Below the pieces are notes generated by a model. That model saw only the letters and a program-made list of their open reading frames with translations, was not told the origin of the DNA and made no database searches. The translations under genes were made by a program, and so were the position numbers. From Rhina ancylostomus (Eukaryota), in contig JARFYF010000059.1 in assembly GCA_030265395.1 (NCBI GenBank), forward strand, positions 16,433,206-16,497,205: DNA of 64,000 nucleotides. Reading direction: 5' to 3'. Shown here one piece after another: positions 23,151 to 36,900 of the stretch. Each line of letters begins with the position of its first letter. Positions within the stretch are counted from its first letter, which is position 1.

Positions 23151-26100
23151 CAACAGTTACCTGCAAACAGAAAATCCAGTTTAATGAATTGAAACTGCTG
23201 ATTCCATCCAATAAGTTGCATAAGGAAATGGTGCACAGGTACAAAGCTTGTTTGGTAATGTAAGGCCACTCACTATCTTTTCTAATGTTTAAGGTTTGGA
23301 GGTTTCTTCCTCTCCTTCTCTCTATCCCACTCCACTCTTCCCATGTGGTTATTGGCTGTGGGTCTTCCAGGGACCAAGTAAATCTACACCTGGCATATTC
23401 CTAGCTTCTAACTCACATGGTGAACTGAGCCAAGATTCAGCAAGTAAAAATCTAAAAGCCCCTATTCTCTGATAGTTATTGTTGATCAACTGAGAAATCA
23501 AGGCCACCTTTACACATTTACCTACTTTGAAGATCTGTAGTCAAAAGTACAATGGTCCTAATGGAGCATCCTCTCAGTGGCAGATGCAAGATGTTTCACT
23601 GATGAATTAACTTTGCCAACAACCTAAGTCACCATTTTACTCCCTCACATAACACACATTTCCACCAGGTAAAAATGAGACACTCAGATGCCCAGAAATC
23701 CTCACAACTGATCTGATGTTGGGCAGCATATCTTACAAATGATAACCAAATGAATGGTGTTGCTATTTGAAGGAAGATATCTTGAATTTGTAATCCATAC
23801 AAGATGGAATTGCTGCTCTGTAAATGGTAAGCTGAGTCACTTCTCAAACTCATTCAGCCTTTCAATGGGAGTAGGACTGATACGTAACTTGACTCATATG
23901 TCCCTTCCCTACACCTTCAGTGAGAGACTGCAATAAGGGTGGGTAGACGGTATAAGAAGCAAGACCTGAAGACCTCAGACAGGAAGGGACTGGGGTTGTG
24001 GCTGCAAGAATGACATTCACTGCATTGACTGTTAGCTCCATGCTGCTAAACCTTGGGTCCAGCCATTCAGTCAGCTTCTTATTTCTATGTCACCATGTGT
24101 ACTTTTTCAAATAATGTCTGTACAAGAAATATTGAAGGATGTGATCTCAGGGTAGAGATTAACAACTCAAACTCCTTCCTTTTCCCAAATCCTACCGACC
24201 TTATTCCCACCCCGCCCCCCNNNNNNNNNNNNNNNNNNNNNNNNNNNNNNNNNNNNNNNNNNNNNNNNNNNNNNNNNNNNNNNNNNNNNNNNNNNNNNNN
24301 NNNNNNNNNNNNNNNNNNNNNNNNNNNNNNNNNNCCCCCCCCCCCCCCCCCACACGTTCCCTGAAGTTACCTTATGGGATCGGAAGTCTCCATGTTTCAC
24401 ACTTGCAACTGAAAAATTGACAGAGTTAGCAAACTATGAGAGTATAATCCATCAGAGCACACACACCCATCTCTACACTCTCTCTCACTCCCTCTTCTTT
24501 TTTCTTTCTGCTTCCTTCTTCTCATTGTGTTTTCCCATTTGGCCAAGGATACAAAAATATCTTTCCCCATCATATCATTGCACTGTACCAGGCACCATGT
24601 TGCTTTAGAGAGTATGGCCCCTTTTATTGGTTGGGGGGGGGGAAAGAAGAAAAAAAAAATCACATAATTTACTGAACTCACATACACAAAGATGAACTAC
24701 GCACACAATGAACAAAAGTAGACCCTCAGACTGCAGACCCCATTCTCTTATGGAGTGCAAAGACCTTGCACATATAGATTACACACACATTCCATCTCTG
24801 AATAATTTATTATGTAGCTGAACATTTTATTGGATAATTTCAGGCATACGTAGAGACAATCTCCTCCCACAGCGCTGGAAATTCAGGGTGCAAACATATT
24901 ATGCTTTCATTTCATCTACAGAACATTATTCCCCTAACCCAAGGAAAAGGAAATCTCTCTCTGAACCAGTCACTCTTGGATTAAAATCCTGCTTTGGAAA
25001 CAAAACAAAATCTAGACCTAACTAAAATTCTATACCCTCCACCCATCACTCACAGCCAAACACTGAAGCTGCAATGCACTCATCCTAACACTGATCCTGC
25101 AGCCTTTTATTCTACACTGATTATTCCATTGGTCTGGAGAAAGGGAAAATAAAATTCAAAAGGGTAATCAGAAATGTACACTTCATGTAACAATACTCAG
25201 AAACTCATGAAGAAATGCAAATCCTCAAGTTGGGAGTTACTGCCGATAAAATGATATCCCTACTGCCTTGACATTACAATATAGCTAACTGGGTAACAAC
25301 CATCAAAAGGTTACACCAGCAATTCTGAACTTCCCCAAAACAAGTGCTTGTGACAGCAACCTGCAAAATTTAGTGCCCCAATCTGAGATTGTGACTGAAC
25401 CCACTGGACTGAAAATGATTCACATTCTCATGTCTCAGAGAGCATTTGAAGTTCTAACATTACACACTTGGAGTTCAGTGACAGCAAACGATTAATGTAG
25501 CTCTCTTCATGACAAATCACTAACCCACTTACTCTTCTACTGCAGACTCAGATGCCATCCGAAACCCAACTCCCATAATTGGTCTGCAGCAGACATGCTG
25601 TAAAATGAATGGCAAGCTGAATTTAAGAGATCCAATCTCATCGAAGACTGAATAACCTCTATTCTTAGATGCAGAAACATGTTCACAAGTTCAACCACCT
25701 GCTGGCAAGAGCACCAAAAGCAGGACTGAATCCTAGTATCTGAAAACTATCCTCAGAGTAACAACGCAAAACAATTCACTGAGTGAACACAGACCACAAA
25801 TATAGGTCATGTTTTTTTAAATATCCAATTATGCCACAACCAATCTTCTCTGCTCCAAGAAGAGTTTCTTTAACCTTTTGAAGTAAGTTAGAATATAGTG
25901 TGCTGTTTTGACCTCTGTCAAAGATAAACATGGAGATAAACATGGACAATTTGGATTCATTAGGTTAATTCAAGGGTCGGGAGGTTCTCTCAGGGGTATT
26001 GAGTGGGACAGTTTCTACTCCCTGGAGTTAAGAATGAGGAGTGATCTTACTGAAACATTTGACAGAGTGAAGCAACACACAAAAAGCAGGAGGAACTCAG

Positions 26101-26859
26101 CGGGTCTGGCAGCAGCTATGAAAGGAAATGGAAAGTCGAGACCCTTCATCACGACGGAGCGGCTGATGTTCTAGTTGTAGAACAGTAGAGCAGGGGGACA
26201 GCGCCCGATAGTGGCGGAGAAGGGGTGGGGCGGTCAGCCATTCAGAAATGCTGAGCAGGTATTCCTTCAGTGGAGATGTTTGTGAATTATTGAAATCTCT
26301 GTAATTTAAACCCTAGAGAGAGTTTTGGATCCTCAGCTGCAGAATACATTAAAAGTCAAAATCAACGCATTTTTGCATTTCCTTGGGATGGGGGAGGGGG
26401 AAGATCATGCAAGAAAGTGGACTTTGGAGACAATAGCATGATTTTACTGAATGGTGGAATAGGTTTGACGGGCCACGTAAAAGTTAGAAAACTGCAGATG
26501 TTGGGAATTTGAAATAAAAACAGGAAATGGTGTTTCAACACTCGATAGCTGTGGAAAGACAATCGGAGTTTACTTTTTATGTGCATGGGCCCTGTGACCC
26601 CTCATGCATTTCTTATATTCGTGTCTATCTGAATTCCTTCATCTCTGGTATCAAGACGCACCCTTCCTTCCTTTTGTCTTCGTGGCTATTTCAAAAACCC
26701 CATATCCAATGTGCATTCTCACAAACTTCTCAGATTTTGCTGCCGCTGTCAAAAACCCCAAGGTGTTCTTTCCCTGAACCGTGTTCATAGTTCTACGGTC
26801 TTTCCATAGCTTTCCTGTCAAAAAATCTTCTTCAGCCCTCTCTACAGTACACCTCTTCT

Positions 26860-27930
26860 GTCCCTCGTCCGCTCATCTCACCAGCCTCGAAGTCGGTCTC
26901 CTCGACGTTTCATGTATCACGATACGAAATCAGCACTCCAGAGTTGGAATTAGCTGATTTCGGTGGCGGTGAAGGAGGTTTACGCGGTTAACCACTTTCG
27001 CACCAATCCCGGGAACATTATTTGGGTCAGTATTTTAGTGACTTCACTCCAACCTACCTGTGGAACCGTTGAAACATTTTCGAGTCGAGTAGACACCCTC
27101 CGATATCCACCAGCGTCTCCCCCCTTCCCACTGACGTGCGGAACAGAATCGCCACTTCCTTTATAACGATGGTCCAGACCCTTTAAATCCAGAAGGATGC
27201 GGTCAGACGGTCACACATTCCCCCTGGCTTCAACCGGGGGATCGACAAACGCAATGTTTTGCCTGCCCCAGAACCAACTTCGGCAAGAAGACAAACTCGT
27301 CCCGGGCTCTGCGAATGAGTGGGGTCAAGCGGCCGGGATCCAGGCCGGCTCCCCCGCCGGTCTCTCCCACAGACCCTCCCCTAACTAACTGTGTCTGCAG
27401 CCGGATCCCAACCACTCTCCCCTCAGCCCCCCACTGCAGCCCATCACACCGACGACGCCCACATCCCGGGCTCCTCCCCAACGGCGCATGTGTACCAGGC
27501 ACGCGCATTGCGCGCCTCCAGACAACGCGGGCACGTGCGCCGCGCGTCACCGGGCCCGTGCTCGCAGAGAGAGGGAGAGGGCGCTCCCTCCGTGTGATTG
27601 GTCTATTCTAAGCACGTGATCGAAGGCTGTGGGTGGCCCGATTCGTCACGTGGGTGTGGGGGAGGAGGGCAGGTCACATGGGCGGTGATGGCGAGTGGTC
27701 GAGGTCTGCGGCGGGGTTGCTGCTGCTGTTGCTGCTGCGGGGAGAGGGAGGGCCGCAGCCCTGAGGAGCTGGTGAGTGATGGCCGGCGGATCGGGTTGCC
27801 TCGCTGCTTTGGCGTCGGCACTGGGATGGGGTCGGCCCTTTGCCCCACAAAGCGATCGCGGTCTAGGGGGTGAATGAAAGCTCCACAGTCATTTCCCCAG
27901 GCTGACACCTGCCCCCCGGCTCTGCATTCG
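26860..27930. promoter_or_regulatory. CpG island / bidirectional MTHFR-CLCN6 promoter
   Basis: Only CpG-dense stretch in an otherwise CpG-depleted window, lying between head-to-head genes. CACGTG at 27532, 27613 and 27647; GTCACATG at 27673; NRF1-like GCGCAT(T)GCGC at ~27484-27515; reverse CCAAT (ATTGG) at ~27597; TGACGT half-CRE at 27132. Confidence 0.85.
27688..27771 (+). CDS. CLCN6: CLCN6 exon 1
   Basis: gtgATGg start; [28 protein letters not shown]; gtgagt donor. Confidence 0.93.
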
Positions 27931-30900
27931 CACCCAACATTTTCCAGCCGTTGTCTNNNNNNNNNNATTCTTCCCGTGTGGCTGCTGTAGGCTGCATCAT
28001 TGCAAAGTCCAACTAAATGAATAGATGGGCCGTTTTTGATGTCACAGGTAGTGGGGAGTAGAGGAGGCTTCAAATAGGTATAGAATGACTGGGCAAAAGA
28101 GGTGGCAGGTGGAGTACAATGTAGGGAAGTTGTCAAATTATTCACAATGGTAGGGCGAAAAGAAAAGCAGAACATACATTGAAAAGTGAATAGATGTTGT
28201 AATGAAAAGGGTCTTAAGGGCTTTGTGCACAGCTCATAAAGTTAACATTTGCAGGTAAAGGGATAATTGGAGCAAATTGTACGTTTTCCTTATTGTCAAC
28301 GTGTTGCCATATAAAGAATAAGGAAATGCTTCTGTAATTATGTCAGGCTGCAGTGAAACTGCACATGGAGTTCTGTGCATTGTTTTGGTTTCCTTGTGTA
28401 TGGATGCATATATTTGTCTTAAAGGAGACGGAATTAAATTTTTTTAGCTTGAATCATGAGATGAGAAGCCCATCCATAAGGGGAAAATGAGTAGAATATT
28501 CTCTAGCGTTCTTAAAAAAATGAGAGGTGATCTCACTGAAGTTATAGCATTCTTAGGGAGATGCTGAGAGGCAGTTTTCTCCAGCTAAGGAGTCTAGAAC
28601 TGAGGGTTACAGTATGTTGTTACTTAGTCATTTAGGACTGAGTTAAGAACTTGCATATTGGATATCTTTGGCATTCTCTTTCACGGAGGGCTGGGTCATT
28701 CAGATATGTTCAAATCACGTCAATAAACTTTTGGGAATTGAAGAATATGGAGATCAGACTGTAATGTCGTAGAGTCATTGAATATACAAAACAGAAGCAA
28801 GCGATTTGGCCTTTTGTGTCCATGCCAATTAATAAAGAGCTATTTAGGCAAATCCCACTTTGCAGCTCTCTGTGTGTAGTCTCATAGTATGTAGCTCAAG
28901 AATTTTTCATGAGTTTTTTTGCCTTTAAAGAATTGAGGTATGGATCCAGACCACTTTGGGAACAAAACGTTTTCATCACTGTCATTGTAACAATATCTTA
29001 AATCCATTCCCTTGTATGGAGTGGATGTTGAAGTCCTGCACCAAAACCAGATACATTTAAGGGCAGATCAGGCTGAAGGGGTTGTATGTGCTACTCTTAT
29101 TTCTTATGCTTTTCCCCAAAGGTTTCACTGAAACAGATGAAACTCTGAGAATGTGTTTTGTAATGTCCAAGATGAGCTGTTGGGCCTGAATAGTTCCATC
29201 ATTTCTGGGCTTGCTGATGGGATGGATTTGTTACAGAAAGTTGGTAAATCATTGCAATATTTTCAGAAGTTGAGGCGAGGAGTAGTGTTGCAGGGTTTTA
29301 GTCTCCAGTATTTGGATGGCGGTGGAACATTGGAGCATTACAACTTTTGGGCAGCAGGGTAAAAGTGTGACAGGGCTGGGGGTGGGATGGTATTGGAAGA
29401 TTAGTGTCTTGGTCAGCAGAGTGATAGTAATTGGTACAGGAAGGGTTGATAAGTTGCAGAAGACTAATAGATTGTTGTCCTCTGCTTAGTGCCTTGATTG
29501 CACAATATATATTGTGAAAATCTCCTGAGATTCTTGAATAGTATCTAGTATGAAGCTGTAATGATTCTCAATTTAACAAAAAGGGAGAAGGAATAATGGC
29601 AGTTTGCATTCCAGAGTTAAATGTACTGGGAGGAAGAATAAGTCGTTTAGCCTCGACTTAGGTAGATCATGGCAAATGTCCACCTCAACTCCATTTTCCC
29701 TTTTCTGAGTTCCTTGGTACCCTTACCCAAAATCTGGTATCTGGAAGTTTCAGTCCACACCAGCATTGAGTGATGTCTTGGTTGGGGCTAATGCAATGGC
29801 TTTTTGAACTGGCTGTTCATTTTCTGTGAAGCCTTGTTTTTCTACAACTGTTCTTTTTAAAGTTGGTACCTATATCTTTTGGACTTTTGATTGTCTCATA
29901 ACTAACTGGGCTGGAAATAATGTAATATTGTATTTTTGTGACAGACTATTCTGGGAGAGACACGGGAGGAAGAGGATGAAATTTTGCCACGCAAAGATTA
30001 TGAGGTATACAATTGCCTGATGTGGAGGTGCATTCTATTTTTATTTGTTCCTGTTTGCTGCATACCTGCTGCATATAATACCCCAAGGGAAAAAGGGAAC
30101 AGACACTGGTGCAATGTCCTGCTTTTTATTCCTCATTTTCTTATGACCTTTCTTTGAGTTTTGTCACCCACATTCTATCAGCTGGGAGTCAAGCAAAGTA
30201 ACTATTGCATATTTCTTTTGTGCCACAGAATTCTCTTTTGAACATAATTAAGCCATGCGTCTGTTTAAATGATTTAATTGCTTCCCCCCTTTGCTCAACT
30301 GATATACCTTCCTACTTCTGGGTGGTCCTTTCACCTGTGAGAGGGGTAGTTTTCATCTTGAATAGATGTTGCCCATTGTTATGTATATAGTACAGTATTA
30401 CAGCTTGAATACGGAGAAACTCTCTTGTATGAAAGTTCTGTTCCTTGCATTGAAGAAAGTGCAGTGTGTGATGGATATTGCAGAAGGTCTGCGTGACAGA
30501 CTTTGTTATAGCTGAAAATTTCAGTTTTGGAGTCACATGGGCAACTGTATGGCAGTGACTTCAAAGAGATGCAATAGGGAGCCAGAATAAACTGGTATCT
30601 GTAAACTATGTAGCAATGTATAAAAATTATATCCCAACCTGATGCAATCACAGCTGATCTAATCCAACCCAGGTTCGAGGTGTTTTTGTTTTTGCTTTCA
30701 GGTTGGAACCTGACACACAGTTAGATCCCATTGGTCTTGGGTCGGGTGGCAGGTGGATGGGAGGAGGTTGCTGGTTTTTGGATTGGGGCTGGGGGAAAAT
30801 GATCCTCATTCTCAGCATGTACATCATGTGCATTTCATCCAAGAGCTGAGGAGGGGGTTACTTTGATTAAACGGTTCCCTTATATGATGAGATGGACTCT

Positions 30901-33900
30901 GACCTCACGATCTACCTTGTTGTGACCTTGCACCTTATTGCACTGCACTTTCACTGTAGCTGTGACGTTTTACTCTGTACTGTTATTGTTTTTAACCTGT
31001 ACTACATCAATGCACTCTGTACTAACCCAATGTAACTGCACTGTGTAATGGGTTGACCTGTATGATTGATAAGCAAGACAAGTTTTTCACTGTACCTCGG
31101 TACAAGTGACAATAATAAACCGATACCAAACCTTTTCCATTGCCTCAAGAAGCTGGATTGGGCCCAGGTCTCCCTTATCTTGGAGAGGAGCAAAGAGCTG
31201 TTCCCTCCAGGGGGTGAGCAGTGTTTCTATCCACCTTCTGGTGATTGTTCCCCACCAGTTAATTCTGGATTAAGGGGTTTGGCTGCATTGGTTGCCTTTG
31301 CCCCTATGATTGAGTCAGTGTCTAAGCAACCTCAACCTTTTTAGTGGTTTGTCATTCGGCTCCCTCCTTGACAGGCTTTGGTATACTGACAGATTATACA
31401 GCAATTTAAATCTAAATTTGTATGGAGTCAGCCAATTCCAATTTGAGCTCATTTTTATATCTGAGCCTATAGTTGGGTCATATCAAACTTGGTTCAGGTA
31501 ACCAAGCCCGACAACAATATAATCTTAAAAACAGAATTGTGGTGGTTCTCTAATTTAATATTAAGGAATGAGCTACAGACTGGAATTCAATCAAGGGAAT
31601 TGGGTGGTTATTACATAGAATTACAGATGCCCTGGTGTGAATAAAGTTGAGTTTGGGTGGTTAAAGTGGAGTTTGGGTGAATAACTGGCCAGTCAGTCAG
31701 CAGTTGTGGTTCAGCCTATCAGTAGATTTGAACCCTAGGGTTAAATTATAACTTAGGTGAGTTGCTAGTTTCTATGCATATTATTGTTGCATGCAGATAT
31801 TTTAATTTTCCTCATTCCAAAATGGTGCTAACAGTGGTTCACCATCTTATCCTTAACTGCCTGTTACTACATATGAAGACACAAAATGCATACCGGGAAT
31901 TGGGGGTTTAAAGAAAGTGAGGAACTTAAAAGAATAAATACTAGTAAAGAAGTACAGAAACTAAATGCTGATAACTCTCCTTTAATGGAATTCTGGAATA
32001 GTTCCTGTAGCTGTATTCAAAAGAGGAAGAGCAGATGGGGAACTGCAGACTAATTAACCTGTTATCACTTGACGGGAAAATCCATTTTTAAGGTAGCGTT
32101 AAAGGTACTTCAAAAACAAAATCTAGTTATTGGGCGTAGCCAACATGAATTTTTGGATTGAAACTGACATGAACTAGATCCTTGACTTCCTTATCAGGAG
32201 ACCACAGTCGGTGTGGATTGGTAGTAACATCTCTTCCTCACTGACAGTCGACTCAGGCGCACCTGAAGGATGCGTGCTTAGCCCACTGCTCTACTCTTGC
32301 TACACTCATGACTGTGGCTAAGTACAGCTCACACTATTTATAAATTTGCCGATCAACTCAATGTTTCAGGAACAGCTTCTTTACCTCAGCCATCAGATTT
32401 CTGAACAGTCTATGAACCCACTAATACTACCTCATTATTTCTCTTTTACACTATTCATTTATGTAAGTTCTAGTAACTTTTATGTCTTGCACTGTACTGC
32501 TGCCACAAAACAACAAATTTCATGACAAATGTCAGTAATAATAAACCTGATTCTGCTGTATTAAAGATGTAAGTAGCAGGGTAGGTAAATGGGAAGCCTC
32601 TGGAGTTACCATATTTGAATTTTCCAATAGCTTTCAATATGCTGCTATAGGAAAAGATTTTTTAAAGAAAAGGGTGATAATGTATGGATGGAAAATTAAC
32701 TGAAGGTCAGAAATGAGAGGAGGAATAAATAGGTGGGTAATCTCATTGAAACAGAAATCAGTGTGCTTGACAGGATAGAAACTGAGAAGCTGTTTCCTTT
32801 TGCTAGAGAGAATAGAAGAGAGCATAATATCAGGAAAAGTTCAGGAGATGAGAAATTTCTTTACTATTTTGGAGAGTTAAGGATACTCAGTCATTGAATA
32901 TATTCTGGGTTCAGATCGCTAGAATTTTAGACCCTTAATGGAATAAACAATGTGGGGATGATGCTGGAAAATACAGTTGGGTTGTGACTTAACCATTATC
33001 GTATTGAATTGTGGAGCCACTGTTTCTCATGATATTATGTTCTTTTGGCAGAGCTTGGACTATGATAAGTGCATCAATGAGCCATACCTGGAGGTGCTGG
33101 AAACACTTGATAACAAGGTGTGCAAAGCTACTACTGTTAAACCTCATCACTATTACTTTCTCAGAAGCAAGTATGGTTGGAAAATAAATACTGGCCTTGC
33201 CTGTGACATCCATGTCCTAGAAAAATAATAAAAAGACTGACTCTCTAAATAGAGAAGGTTTCTATTCTAGTTGGGGACTTAGGAGCTTATAAAAGGAAAA
33301 CAATGACAAAATACAGGTTGAAATAACTTGAAGGATCATAAGATTTTCAGCAAATGAGAAATATTTTTGATTTTTACATTTGCTTAACAGAACTTTCATT
33401 TTTTCCGATCTCTGTAAACATGGTGAACATAGGCTAACAAACAATAAGCCTGACTATCTTTGAATTTTTTTCTTGGCTGTTGAAAATCTTACGAGTGTCT
33501 GGAGTGACATAAAAATTTTTCAAGCCCTTCAGATGACCTCACAGGAGGTCGATGGTAATGGCATTGAGTGTCAAGGGTGTATGTGAGGACACTCTTGTGG
33601 TGATGGTCTTTGCCTGCGGAGCACTCATAATTTTCTGAATTCCATTTAATCATTCAAGCCCCCTCCATCCAGAAATTTCAGCACAGAATCTAAGCTGATA
33701 CTCTGGTATCAAGGGAATATTTAAGGTGGAATTACTTGAATGAGATGTTAAATCCAAGCCCCTTGCATCTGATATGAACAGCTAATCTCATCTTGATATC
33801 TCAAAGAAGATCAGGAAAATTGTCCTGGTTTGGTTGATATTTACCCCTCAGCAAATACCATTGAGGATGATTATAGGTTATTTATCATGTGAGATCTTAC

Positions 33901-36900
33901 TGTGAGAATATTGTTTGCAGTTTTCCTTGCACCACACTGACTCTGAAACAGCCAAGGCATCCTGAAATTGTGAATGGTGCTTTATAAATTGATATTTGTG
34001 TTTACTGCACCTGTAATTGCATGAATTGGAATATTTTTAAAACAAAAATCACTCTTGCAAAACATTGATTTGCTCTCTTTTTCTCAGTAGCACTGATTTC
34101 TGCAATCCAATCTACATTTGTAATTTTTAGGAAAATCCTAAAAAATGGTATTTCACAATAACAATCAATTTTATCCACTGAATAATCTTTGGTTGGTTTT
34201 TTGATTCCTTCCAATAAAACTTTAATTGGAAGGCTCTTCCTCTCACAGTGACTTGAATTTGGATACTCTTTCAGCCTGTGTCTGTAAGTTGCATTTGGAG
34301 TGTGCAATTTGATGTGAATGCAAAGCACGTAATTTCCCAGGGTGCATCCATTTATGAATTAGAAACAGGATCCCTCAACGATTGGTGGAGCAAGGTTAAT
34401 TATGTCATTGTAGATCTATAACACAACTTATTTGCTTGTTTTGATTCTTTATCTTTTATGCCTAATCTTAAGGAAAATCTACTGATTGACTCTACCTCTT
34501 GTCTTTCAACCACCATCCTCAAATACAAAGAAGGACAGTAGCTTATTGGTGGAAGAGAAATGCAGATTTCCATTATTCTTATAGCGTAGAAATGCTTTCT
34601 AACATTGCTTTAATATTGTGATTGAATTAAATATTATCAAATAGTAAATAAACGGAAGTTTTAAAAAAAAGTTGGAAACACTCAAGAAGTCGATTAGCAC
34701 CTACGGTGAGCAAACAGATACCATTCCAGATGCGGAGCCTTCAAGTAACACCTGTTTCATTTTCCGTATTTGCTGACTCTTCTGAGTGTTCAACATTAGT
34801 ACAGATCAACCATTCTACACCTCTTTTCCATTGTTAAGTCTAGTTTGTTTGCTGTGATTTCTGCATGTGTTTCTTTGTTTTAATCTGATCGCTGTGTGTG
34901 TTATCGTTGCTTTATTTGAACAGAGAGTCAGGAGATATGAAGCAGTGAAATGGATCCTGGTATTTTGTATTGGAGTCTGCACTGGTTTGGTGAGTGAGTT
35001 CTTGACCACAGTGTGTTGGTGTGTGTTTAATATAACAAAAGAAAGCCTATCAATGTCAGCTTCAGGGGCTGCTCCTGAGATTTCAGTGTTACTGATGAAC
35101 AGGGTATCTTGCCTTCCCATTTGTGGTCAACTGATTAACCCTTGGTATCAAAGGGCAAAGGTCTGTGAGTATTGAGCTGCTAATCCTCAGTAATTATCAC
35201 ATTAATTAGCCTTGTCCTTCCACCATTTCACAACTGTTAACCTTTGAGTTGCTGTAGCCCCAGTTGCCCTGGGATTATTCATCTGCCAGTTTGGGGGTTG
35301 GTGTTAGTGTTATTCCTCCCTAGAGAGTGTAGAATTTCATAGTGTTCTATTGTTTCTACAGATTACTGGTTAATTGTTTAGAATCGTATATTCTTGACCC
35401 TTTTAAAATCCTACTCCTTCATCTTTGCAACCTTCTCTAGCACTGTGGTAGCTCCTTCAACTTGGTATTTTTCTTCCTCTATTGTAATGGCTGTGACAAC
35501 GATGATGGTACTTCCAACTAGAAGTAACTCCCTAAATAACCCTCTCTGCTACACCCCCAGCCCCGGATCAGCCTTTTCTACTTTTCTAAGAACANNNNNN
35601 NNNNATGAATGATGGAGCAGGTACAAGATCATGGCTGATCTTCTACCTCAACAATTTTTTCTGGAGTATCCCTGTATACCTGGATTTCCTCTGATATCCA
35701 AAAATCTTTTGATGTCAATTTTGAATGAATCCAACTTTCACAGCCTTGAGATAGTAAATTCCAAATACTCACTACCCTCTGAATGAAGAACTTTCTCTTC
35801 ATCTCAGTCCTAAACAGTCTATTCCTCCATTTGAAATTCTTACCCCTGGTTCTGGACTCCACAGCCAGAGGAAACATCCTTCCTACACCTAGCTTGTCAA
35901 GTCAGTCTTTGTTGAATTCCTTATTTGGTAAGTACCCCTTTCCTTGGGACCAAAACACTACATGTTATTCCAGATGTGGTTTCACCAAATCCTTGATACA
36001 GTTGCAGTAAGACTCCCAGAATTGGTTATCAGAGAGACAGTAAACAGATCCTTCAGGCTGGCAGGCCATTACTTGTGAGGTACAATTAGGGGGGGGGGTG
36101 GGAGGGGGCGGTGGTTGGTATTTGGGGCCCCAGCCATTCACAATCTAAATCAACAATTTTTGGCAAGGGAACAAATGTTATATTTCCAAGTGTGCTGACT
36201 ATACTAAAGTAGGTGGGATTGCTAGGTTAGTATATTATCTCCAATTCAATGTGCTCTAACCTTGTTGACCATCCTCCTACCTGGGACTTCATCAAAAGCC
36301 ATCCTGAAATCCAAATAAATACATGACTTCCATTGATTTTTTTCCGCCCTTATCCATTCAGTTGTGGTATATTCAAATCCATTAATAATAAAAGCTTTCA
36401 TGCCATTTACCTTCCTAATCACTCATTGTACCTTAATGTTGGTTTTCAGTGATTTCCAGGTTCCTGTGAATGTCTTTCACTTAAAAAAATAATCTACTTT
36501 GCTTTCATTACCTGATCTAAAATGGATGACTTGATTTTTTTCAACATGATATTCTTTCTCACTCACTCAGCTTGTCCAAATCCCCTTGAAGCCTCCACTT
36601 CTTCATACTTACAATTCCATATAGTTGCTGATCTTGGAAGCATTTGGTCCCTATGCAAAAAGTCATGCATGTAGATCATTAATTAGCTGAGGCCCAAAGA
36701 CTAATCCACGTAGTACCCCATTGACAGCCTGCCAACCTGTTTATTCCCACACTGTGCTATATGTCCAATAACCAATTTTTAATCCATGTCAATATATTAC
36801 CCCACACCCCCCACACTGATTCCACATGTTCTAAACATGTTGGCCATCCTTATCGAAAGTGTTCCAGAAATCCAAATATACCACATCCATTAATTTTTTT

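Noticed and set aside
24205-24352. Poly-C tract / potential G-quadruplex in MTHFR intron 1
   Set aside because: Mostly unresolved gap; homopolymer length unreliable.
27197-28175. Several overlapping 60-190 aa ORFs in the promoter region, including a minus-strand poly-Gln ORF
   Set aside because: GC-rich CpG island lacks stops by composition; the poly-Q is just the antisense of the CLCN6 poly-Cys codons.
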